Assembly: GCA_032718475.1 (NCBI GenBank)
Contig: JAUCBJ010005597.1
Location: 389-64,388, forward strand
Length of the DNA stretch: 64,000 bases
Direction of reading: 5' to 3'
Origin: Nemertoderma westbladi
Lineage: Eukaryota > Animalia > Xenacoelomorpha
This document shows, one piece after another, positions 13,610-25,600 of the stretch (positions are counted from its first letter, which is position 1; the number at the start of each line of letters is the position of its first letter). The notes under the pieces were generated by a model. That model was not told the DNA's origin and did no database searches. It saw nothing but the letters and a program-made list of their open reading frames with translations. Position numbers and translations under genes: made by a program.

Positions 13610-16600
13610 CTAAAAATAAAATAAAACCATGCAGAGTAAGAGACATAATACTCTTAATTCGTTAAATCCGTTAAAAATCCGTTAGTGTTAACGCAATAAC
13701 GCCAACTATTGCATTTAGTCCATAATAACTGCATGGAGAGGACAACTAACAGATCACTATACACCTACATCCAAATGGTATGCCTAGTTAACAGTTCTAG
13801 GCGTGTTCTTTACAAATAGTGGACCTGCAACTTTGTAATATGTCAGTTTTAACTGATTATAAGACTTAAAAATAATTCAACATGGCCTAAACAAATTCTA
13901 CATTTGCTATATGCTACCACATTGCTATCCTGCTATACGTAGTCAAAACATCTTCAACGAATGGCCTGGTCGATAAATAAATTTATATACTTAGCTAGAC
14001 TTTAACTAGCAGACTTTACCGTGTAATTTGCTAATATTAATAATTCTAAAACCTACCAATTTCGTGCTCTATCGATCCCCATGATAAAATTTGGAAAAGA
14101 AATTCCACCAAATAATTATATATTACATGGGAAAAAAAGTAGAACTTTCTTTCACTATTCTCGAGGCATTTTATTTACGAGCGTTAGCGACGTTAATAAA
14201 CGGTCGAGAGAATATTGAAAAAAATGTTACGTTTTTTCCCATGAATACGTAATTTTATTCTTAAATTGGAACGTTTTTGTTGCTCAATTATTTAATAAAA
14301 GTTATAGAGCGGTATAGTGTTACAAGAACTGTAATATTAATATTTTACTATATTGCTTTGGCTTCCATAGTTACTCCTGGTGCCGCCTTAACTCGCTGTT
14401 AAATAATTTAGTGTTCTCGAATATTTATTACGTAACTAGATAGCCGGTTAACTACAGAAACTAATATTGGATATTGAGTTCTGTTTTGGAATTCGCCTTG
14501 CAGACACTAAAGTTGCAATAACTTTTTGAGTGTGTGCATGGATTTTGCAGAAATTACGTACTATTCCAATTCGATGCTCTTTCGATATGTAACAAAATTT
14601 AAAAAATTTCACCGAAAATATTTTATTTTACCTTTTTCGCCGGGAAAAAAGTAAAATCAGTGCAATCCTTTGGGTTTATTTTTTTCCCTAGGGAAAAAAA
14701 TAACTTTTTCCCCGAGTTTGGGGTATATATTCGAGCAAAAAGTAACAATTTAAGAATAAAATAATTTTATTTATTATAATATTTTAACAGTAAAAACTAA
14801 AAAGTACCATATGCGATATTTGTAACCGGTATCGGTATACAGTTTTGGTTCATTACATATTATTTATGTGTATTAAATTGGATTGCACGATAAAACTTAC
14901 CTCCCCATACATATCTAAACGATTAACCCGCAATCCCGACACTGCTAATTGTTCGATCTTAAAGTGAACAGTTACAATTGGATTGGAATCTGGTAAGGGA
15001 ACGCCGTGCTGTAAATTAATCTAAAAAACAATTAGGATTGTTAAATGCACCAAACTGAAGTGACTTCCGGGAAACGCTCCGTCCTATAATTAGACTAGCT
15101 ACTACAACAATATACAATATATTACCAGTTGGTTGGCCAACCGTGAAGGCAGTGATAGTGTTCGGCTGGTCACTCATGGAGAAACAACCGGGTATAGAAT
15201 ATTATACTAAATTAATATATTTAAAACTAATAAAGGATAAAGTGGACAAATTTAATGTAGAATAATACAAAGTTAAGGAAACAGATACATCGTGATGGTT
15301 TAGACATAAATTACAGAAAATATAATCATTATCAAAGCATCTTGTGGGGCGAGCCACGAAGTACGCGAGCTTAGCATACGGGTACCGCCGTCTGTGCTTC
15401 GTTTTGTTGTCGAATGATTGAGGTTACAGACTATCACAGTTGAGATGTCAACGATACACCGCTGGGGGGAGATAACTTCGGGCCTAGGTTGAACTTCTCA
15501 ACGATACACCACTGGGGGGAGATAACTTCGGGCCTAGGTTGAATTTCTAAACGACACGCTACTGGGGGAGAGAACTTCGGGCCTAGGTTGAACTTCTCAA
15601 CGATACGCTACTGGGGGAGAGAACTTCGGGCCTAGGTTGAACTTCTCAACGACACGCTACTGGGGGAGAGAACTTCGGGCCTAGGTTGAACTTCTCAACG
15701 ACACGCTACTGGGGGAGAGAACTTCGGGCCTAGGTTGAACTTCTCAACGATACGCTACTGGGGGAGAGAACTTCGGGCCCAGGTTGAACTTCTCAACGAC
15801 ACGCTACTGGGGGAGAGAACTTCGGGCCTAGGTTGAACTTCTCAACGATACGCTACTGGGGGAGAGAACTTCGGGCCTAGGTTGAACTTCTCAACGACAC
15901 GCTACTGGGGGAGAGAACTTCGGGCCTAGGTTGAACTTCTCAACGACACGCTACTGGGGGAGAGAACTTCGGGCCTAGGTTGAACTTCTCAACGACACGC
16001 TACTGGGGGAGAGAACTTCGGGCCCAGGTTGAACTTCTCAACGACACGCTACTGGGGGAGAGAACTTCGGGCCTAGGTTGAACTTCTCAACGATACGCTA
16101 CTGGGGGAGAGAACTTCGGGCCCAGGTTGAACTTCTCAACGACACGCTACTGGGGGAGAGAACTTCGGGCCTAGGTTGAACTTCTCAACGATACGCTACT
16201 GGGGGAGAGAACTTCGGGCCTAGGTTGAACTTCTCAACGACACGCTACTGGGGGAGAGAACTTCGGGCCTAGGTTGAACTTCTCAACGATACGCTACTGG
16301 GGGAGAGAACTTCGGGCCTAGGTTGAACTTCTCAACGACACGCTACTGGGGGAGAGAACTTCGGGCCTAGGTTGAACTTCTCAACGATACGCTACTGGGG
16401 GAGAGAACTTCGGGCCTAGGTTGAACTTCTCAACGACACGCTACTGGGGGAGAGAACTTCGGGCCTAGGTTGAACTTCTCAACGATACGCTACTGGGGGA
16501 GAGAACTTCGGGCCTAGGTTGAACTTCTCAACGACACGCTACTGGGGGAGAGAACTTCGGGCCTAGGTTGAACTTCTCAACGATACGCTACTGGGGGAGA

Positions 16601-19600
16601 GAACTTCGGGCCTAGGTTGAACTTCTCAACGACACGCTACTGGGGGAGAGAACTTCGGGCCTAGGTTGAACTTCTCAACGATACGCTACTGGGGGAGAGA
16701 ACTTCGGGCCTAGGTTGAACTTCTCAACGATACGCTACTGGGGGAGAGAACTTCGGGCCCAGGTTGAACTTCTCAACGACACGCTACTGGGGGAGAGAAC
16801 TTCGGGCCTAGGTTGAACTTCTCAACGATACGCTACTGGGGGAGAGAACTTCGGGCCTAGGTTGAACTTCTCAACGACACGCTACTGGGGGAGAGAACTT
16901 CGGGCCTAGGTTGAACTTCTCAACGACACGCTACTGGGGGAGAGAACTTCGGGCCTAGGTTGAACTTCTCAACGATACGCCACTGGGGGAGAGAACTTCG
17001 GGCCCAGGTTGAACTTCTCAACGACACGCTACTGGGGGAGAGAACTTCGGGCCTAGGTTGAACTTCTCAACGATACACCACTGGGGGAGAGAACTTCGGG
17101 CCTAGGTCGAACTTCTCAACGACACGCTACTGGGGGAGAGAACTTCGGGCCTAGGTTGAACTTCTCAACGACACGCTACTGGGGGAGAGAACTTCGGGCC
17201 TAGGTTGAACTTCTCAACGACACGCTACTGGGGGAGAGAACTTCGGGCCTAGGTTGAACTTCTCAACGACACGCTACTGGGGGAGAGAACTTCGGGCCCA
17301 GGTTGAATTTCTCAACGACACGCCACTGGGGGAGAGAACTTCGGGCCTAGGTTGAACTTCTCAACGACACGCTACTGGGGGAGAGAACTTCGGGCCTAGG
17401 TTGAACTTCTCAACGATACGCCACTGGGGGAGAGAACTTCGGGCCTAGGTTGAACTTCTCAACGACACGCTACTGGGGGGAGATAACTTCGGGCCTAGGT
17501 TGAACTTCTCAACGATACGCTACTGGGGGAGAGAACTTCGGGCCTAGGTTGAACTTCTCAACGATACGCCACTGGGGGAGAGAACTTCGGGCCTAGGTTG
17601 AACTTCTCAACGACACGCTACTGGGGGAGAGAACTTCGGGCCTAGGTTGAACTTCTCAACGATACACCACTGGGGGAGAGAACTTCGGGCCCAGGTTGAA
17701 CTTCTCAACGATACGCCACTGGGGGAGAGAACTTCGGGCCTAGGTTGAACTTCTCAACGATACGCTACTGGGGGAGAGAACTTCGGGCCTAGGTTGAACT
17801 TCTCAACGATACGCCACTGGGGGAGAGAACTTCGGGCCTAGGTTGAACTTCTCAACGACACGCTACTGGGGGAGAGAACTTCGGGCCTAGGTTGAATTTC
17901 TCAACGACACGCTACTGGGGGAGAGAACTTCGGGCCTAGGTTGAACTTCTCAACGATACGCTACTGGGGGAGAGAACTTCGGGCCTAGGTTGAATTTCTC
18001 AACGACACGCTACTGGGGGAGAGAACTTCGGGCCTAGGTTGAATTTCTCAACGACACGCTACTGGGGGAGAGAACTTCGGGCCTAGGTTGAACATCTCAA
18101 CGACACGCTACTGGGGGGAGATAACTTCGGGCCTAGGTTGAACTTCTCAACGACACGCTACTGGGGGAGAGAACTTCGGGCCTAGGTTGAACTTCTCAAC
18201 GATACACCACTGGGGGAGAGAACTTCGGGCCTAGGTTGAACATCTCAACGACACGCTACTGGGGGGAGATAACTTCGGGCCTAGGTTGAACTTCTCAACG
18301 ACACGCTACTGGGGGAGAGAACTTCGGGCCTAGGTTGAACTTCTCAACGATACACCACTGGGGGAGAGAACTTCGGGCCTAGGTTGAACATCTCAACGAT
18401 ACACCACTGGGGGAGAGAACTTCGGGCCTAGGTTGAACTTCTCAACGATACGCCACTGGGGGAGAGAACTTCGGGCCCAGGTTGAACTTCTCAACGATAC
18501 GCCACTGGGGGAGAGAACTTCGGGCCTAGGTTGAATTTCTCAACGACACGCTACTGGGGGAGAGAACTTCGGGCCTAGGTTGAACTTCTCAACGATACGC
18601 TACTGGGGGAGAGAACTTCGGGCCCAGGTTGAACTTCTCAACGATACGCCACTGGGGGAGAGAACTTCGGGCCTAGGTTGAATTTCTCAACGACACGCTA
18701 CTGGGGGAGAGAACTTCGGGCCTAGGTTGAATTTCTCAACGACACGCTACTGGGGGAGAGAACTTCGGGCCTAGGTTGAATTTCTCAACGACACGCTACT
18801 GGGGGAGAGAACTTCGGGCCTAGGTTGAACTTCTCAACGATACACTACTGGGGGAGAGAACTTCGGGCCTAGGTTGAATTTCTCAACGACACGCTACTGG
18901 GGGAGAGAACTTCGGGCCTAGGTTGAATTTCTCAACGACACGCTACTGGGGGAGAGAACTTCGGGCCTAGGTTGAACTTCTCAACGATACGCTACTGGGG
19001 GAGAGAACTTCGGGCCTAGGTTGAACTTCTCAACGACACGCTACTGGGGGAGAGAACTTCGGGCCTAGGTTGAATTTCTCAACGACACGCTACTGGGGGA
19101 GAGAACTTCGGGCCTAGGTTGAACATCTCAACGACACGCTACTGGGGGGAGATAACTTCGGGCCTAGGTTGAACTTCTCAACGACACGCTACTGGGGGAG
19201 AGAACTTCGGGCCTAGGTTGAACTTCTCAACGATACACCACTGGGGGAGAGAACTTCGGGCCTAGGTTGAACTTCTTAACGACACGCTACTGGGGGAGAG
19301 AACTTCGGGCCTAGGTTGAACTTCTCAACGACACGCTACTGGGGGAGAGAACTTCGGGCCCAGGTTGAATTTCTCAACGACACGCCACTGGGGGAGAGAA
19401 CTTCGGGCCTAGGTTGAACTTCTCAACGATACGCTACTGGGGGAGAGAACTTCGGGCCTAGGTTGAACTTCTCAACGACACGCTACTGGGGGAGAGAACT
19501 TCGGGCCCAGGTTGAATTTCTCAACGACACGCCACTGGGGGAGAGAACTTCGGGCCTAGGTTGAACTTCTTAACGACACGCTACTGGGGGAGAGAACTTC

Positions 19601-22600
19601 GGGCCTAGGTTGAACTTCTCAACGACACGCTACTGGGGGAGAGAACTTCGGGCCCAGGTTGAATTTCTCAACGACACGCCACTGGGGGAGAGAACTTCGG
19701 GCCTAGGTTGAACTTCTCAACGATACGCTACTGGGGGAGAGAACTTCGGGCCTAGGTTGAACTTCTCAACGATACGCCACTGGGGGAGAGAACTTCGGGC
19801 CTAGGTTGAACTTCTCAACGACACGCTACTGGGGGGAGATAACTTCGGGCCTAGGTTGAACTTCTCAACGACACGCTACTGGGGGAGAGAACTTCGGGCC
19901 TAGGTTGAACTTCTCAACGACACGCTACTGGGGGATAGAACTTCGGGCCTAGGTTGAACATCTCAACGATACACCACTGGGGGAGAGAACTTCGGGCCTA
20001 GGTTGAACTTCTCAACGACACGCTACTGGGGGAGAGAACTTCGGGCCTAGGTTGAACTTCTCAACGACACGCTACTGGGGGATAGAACTTCGGGCCTAGG
20101 TTGAACATCTCAACGATACACCACTGGGGGAGAGAACTTCGGGCCTAGGTTGAACTTCTCAACGATACGCCACTGGGGGAGAGAACTTCGGGCCCAGGTT
20201 GAACTTCTCAACGATACGCCACTGGGGGAGAGAACTTCGGGCCTAGGTTGAACTTCTCAACGATACGCTACTGGGGGAGAGAACTTCGGGCCTAGGTTGA
20301 ACTTCTCAACGATACGCCACTGGGGGAGAGAACTTCGGGCCTAGGTTGAACTTCTCAACGATACGCTACTGGGGGAGAGAACTTCGGGCCTAGGTTGAAC
20401 TTCTCAACGATACACCACTGGGGGAGAGAACTTCGGGCCCAGGTTGAACTTCTCAACGACACGCTACTGGGGGAGAGAACTTCGGGCCTAGGTTGAATTT
20501 CTCAACGACACGCTACTGGGGGAGAGAACTTCGGGCCTAGGTTGAACTTCTCAACGATACGCCACTGGGGGAGAGAACTTCGGGCTTAGGTTGAACTTCT
20601 CAACGATACGCCACTGGGGGAGAGAACTTCGGGCCTAGGTTGAACTTCTCAACGATACGCCACTGGGGGAGAGAACTTCGGGCCTAGGTTGAACATCTCA
20701 ACGACACGCTACTGGGGGGAGATAACTTCGGGCCTAGGTTGAACTTCTCAACGACACGCTACTGGGGGGAGATAACTTCGGGCCTAGTTGAACTTCTCAA
20801 CGACACGCTACTGGGGGAGAGAACTTCGGGCCTAGGTTGAACTTCTCAACGATACACCACTGGGGGAGAGAACTTCGGGCCTAGGTTGAACATCTCAACG
20901 ACACGCTACTGGGGGGAGATAACTTCGGGCCTAGGTTGAACTTCTCAACGACACGCTACTGGGGGAGAGAACTTCGGGCCTAGTTGAACTTCTCAACGAC
21001 ACGCTACTGGGGGAGAGAACTTCGGGCCTAGGTTGAACTTCTCAACGATACGCCACTGGGGGAGAGAACTTCGGGCCTAGGTTGAACATCTCAACGACAC
21101 GCTACTGGGGGGAGATAACTTCGGGCCTAGGTTGAACTTCTCAACGACACGCTACTGGGGGGAGATAACTTCGGGCCTAGTTGAACTTCTCAACGACACG
21201 CTACTGGGGGAGAGAACTTCGGGCCTAGGTTGAACTTCTCAACGATACACCACTGGGGGAGAGAACTTCGGGCCTAGGTTGAACATCTCAACGACACGCT
21301 ACTGGGGGGAGATAACTTCGGGCCTAGGTTGAACTTCTCAACGACACGCTACTGGGGGAGAGAACTTCGGGCTTAGGTTGAACTTCTCAACGATACACCA
21401 CTGGGGGAGAGAACTTCGGGCTTAGGTTGAACTTCTCAACGATACACCACTGGGGAGAGAACTTCGGGCCTAGGTTGAACTTCTCAACGACACGCTACTG
21501 GGGGAGAGAACTTCGGGCCTAGGTTGAACTTCTCAACGATACGCCACTGGGGGAGAGAACTTCGGGCTTAGGTTGAACTTCTCAACGACACGCTACTGGG
21601 GGAGATAACTTCGGGCCTAGGTTGAACTTCTCAACGACACGCTACTGGGGGAGAGAACTTCGGGCTTAGGTTGAACTTCTCAACGATACACCACTGGGGG
21701 AGAGAACTTCGGGCTTAGGTTGAACTTCTCAACGATACACCACTGGGGAGAGAACTTCGGGCCTAGGTTGAACTTCTCAACGATACACCACTGGGGGAGA
21801 GAACTTCGGGCTTAGGTTGAACTTCTCAACGATACGCCACTGGGGGAGAGAACTTCGGGCCCAGGTTGAACATCTCAACGATACGCCACTGGGGGAGAGA
21901 ACTTCGGGCTTAGGTTGAACTTCTCAACGACACGCTACTGGGGGAGAGAACTTCGGGCTTAGGTTGAACTTCTCAACGATACACCACTGGGGGAGAGAAC
22001 TTCGGGCTTAGGTTGAACTTCTCAACGATACACCACTGGGGAGAGAACTTCGGGCCTAGGTTGAACTTCTCAACGATACACCACTGGGGGAGAGAACTTC
22101 GGGCTTAGGTTGAACTTCTCAACGATACGCCACTGGGGGAGAGAACTTCGGGCCTAGGTTGAACTTCTCAACGATACGCCACTGGGGGAGAGAACTTCGG
22201 GCCCAGGTTGAACATCTCAACGATACACCACTGGGGAGAGAACTTCGGGCCTAGTTGAACTTCGGCAAGAATGTTTTGGATGTACTAGGCAGGGCGCATC
22301 TATAACATAAATGGTCGCTAAAAATAAACTCAGGTTATTCTGGAGAGTATTAGTTTTGCGGAGACATTGTCGGATATCTTCGGATCAGCTGTTTGTAGAT
22401 GTAAATTACTTACAGTTCCGGATATCTTTGGGTCAGCTGTTTGTAGATGTAAATTACTTACAGTTCCGGATATCTTTGGGTCAGCTGTTAGTGAATGAGA
22501 TTTACTTACAGTTCCGGATATCTTTGGGTCAGCTGTTAGTGAATGAGATTTACTTAAAGTTCCGGATATCTTTGGGTCAGCTGTTAGTGAATGAGATTTA

Positions 22601-25600
22601 CTTACAGTTCCGGATATCTTTGGGTCAGCTGTTTGTGAATGAGATTTACTTACAGTTCCGGATATCTTTGGGTCAACTGTTTGTGAATGAGATTTACTTA
22701 CAGTTCCGGATATCTTTGGGTCAGCTGTCTGTGAATGATATTTACTTACAGTTCCGGATATCTTTGGGTCAGCTGTTTGTGAATGAGATTTACTTACAGT
22801 TCCGGATATCTTTGGGTCAGCTGTTTGTGAATGAGATTTACTTACAGTTCCGGATATCTTTGGGTCAGCTGTCTGTGAATGATATTTACTTACAGTTCCG
22901 GATATCTTTGGGTCAGCTGTTTGTGAATGAGATTTACTTACAGTTCCGGATATCTTTGGGTCAGCTGTTTGTGAATGAGATTTACTTACAGTTCCGGATA
23001 TCTTTGGGTCAGCTGTTTGTGAATGATATTTACTTACAGTTCCGGATATCTTTGGGTCAGCTGTCTGTGAATGATATTTACTTACAGTTCCGGATATCTT
23101 TGGGTCAGCTGTTAGTGAATGAGATTTACTTACAGTTCCGGATATCTTTGGGTCAGCTGTTAGTGAATGAGATTTACTTACAGTTCCGGATATTTTTGGA
23201 TTAGCTGTTAGTGAATCAGATTTACTTACAGTTCCGGATATCTTTGGATTAGCTGTCTGTGGCTGCAGCTTTCCAACATCCCAGATCATTCGCTTGTTCT
23301 GCTGGTCGAAGTTGTATGTGCCTTGTGTCGCATTCAGGTTGACATTTAGAACAGATTTAGGTAACTGGACGGAAAGTTGCAACAAGTCAACCTGAAAATT
23401 GTAAGTAATAACTATTTACACACTTGTGTGTAAAGTAGCACATTACAATGCGATGATCCGAGTGGCTTTCTTACACGAACGAACGTTAGTGAGTGAGTGA
23501 AAATAAAGCCACGAGGATCAGAACACTGTAAAGTACTTTGCAACAAGTATGTTATGTAGTTTTATTCCAGAATTTTAACATTACGAAATGATTGTATATA
23601 TATTATAAGTGATAGAAACTGCACAAATTATATTAGTTGCTGTATAAATAAATGTAAAAATGACATAAATTATGTTATAAATAAGTTAGCTTATATTTAT
23701 GGTGGCGTTTGGAACCATGTTATAATGATATAGCTAGGCCCTACTGGATATTAATAGCTATACCCCGCCTACCGGTAGATATTGCAGTAGGCCTATCTGG
23801 CTGTCAGACAAATTCCCACCTATTGTTTACGTGGTATCCAATGACGGCGTTAGTAATCTCCCCTTAGTGGATATTACTTAACACCGTCATGGGTTACCAC
23901 GTAAACAATAACACCAAATAAAATACTAATTGGACAGGCCAATACAATGCTGTAATGTCCTCTAAAGTTGTAAAGTTCTAAATAACAACTCGCTGTTAAT
24001 ACTAACGGCGTTGAGTAATGTTACAATTTTGGAATAATATAATATCATTTATTGCTCGGTGAAAAATACATCCTATCCAACCATTCTAGATAAAATATAA
24101 AACAGCACATTATCAGCTAAAATCTACGATATTTAGGGTTTTCGTGGGCGGTGATTTCATTTCCGATGTCTATTTTGTCTGTTTACATGTTTGGCTGATT
24201 GCTTTCTGTATGTCTGTAAGTCTCTCGGGTAAATATTTAAAAGCCCATTTCTCGGCAGTTTAATTTTATCAAATAACTGATTTACGACAATTTTAACTAA
24301 AACATTAAAACCATGATAATTTGTAGTTTCATACAATTTAGTAATTCGTAGTTAATTTGATGTTATTTCAACAAGAATCACTAAGTTAATGATTCAACCC
24401 CTGTCTTCTTTTGGACGGTTATACGGGCGCACCTTCGTTGCTCACAGCTACGACGTCGTCCACATTCTAAATATTAATTGGAATAATCCCAAATACCACA
24501 AACCAATTGTTATTATCATAATTATTAATACAGTAGTTATCTTAAAATGAAACTCACCGTTTTCCCCATAGATTGCTTAGAACCAACGGATATGTCAAGT
24601 CTGCCTCCGCTATCACGAAATGATATTGAGGGTTTAACGAAAACTGGAATTGCAACCATACTAAATAAGAAATAAGATACAGGGAATGTAAATGTGTGTG
24701 GTGAACTGAGTTGAAGATTTTTTTATGCTCTAATGCAAATGACAAATGTAAATAGTTAGTGTTGTTAAGTACAAGACATCAATTCAGAAAAGAAACCAAT
24801 ACCAGTGACAAACTGAACTCATTCAGACTCACACTAATAAATTACATTCCCGATAACAGGTTCAAACCTAATTTTGCACCCCAATATTCTTTAAACCTAC
24901 TTTTGCACACGATATTGTTTAAACCTATAACTTTGCCCCCGAAATGGTTTAAACCTACTTCTGAGCCCCGATGTGGTAAGTCATTAGCCGAAAGTTGCCA
25001 TCAGGGGGAACGAAAGAGAGCAGCCGTTCAGATTCCCAACGCTTGTATCGAACGCAGGGGTGGAAGGCTACGTCATCCAGCAGCCGGGGGTTAACGAAGG
25101 TCAACGTTAGATCCGGCATACCAGACAGACGGATGGAACAGTCGATGACACCGGTAATCTCAGCTGATACAGTAGACCCCTAAAATGGGAATCAAATAAG
25201 TCAGATAAGTTGGTTAAATAAGAATTTATACAAGTGAGACTGTATAGGAACTATCATGGTTTTGCATTTGTAACGATTTAAATAAAATGAAAATATTTCA
25301 ACATTTCCTAAGCGGTTCAAATAAAGTTATCCCAATAGCATTGATGAGTTGTCTTTGTTTAGTAAGCGTAATAGCTTCCTACGAAGTCGAAGATGGTACC
25401 GAAACATATGGCAGGTAATAATAGATTTAATGAACAAAAAAACGAATTTATAATGGGACTTACTAGGTTGTCAATAATACAATCTAGACTATCAATGATA
25501 TCAACCAGCGCCTCGTTACTAGTGTAGGACACATTAGCCCGTCGCCATGGCACCGGTGAGAACAGCTGGCCGGCAGGTAAACGTGCTGATAAACTAATCA

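Noticed and set aside
22311-23204. 297-aa plus-strand repeat ORF
   Set aside because: It is the antisense reading of the 48-bp junction repeat, with no independent support.
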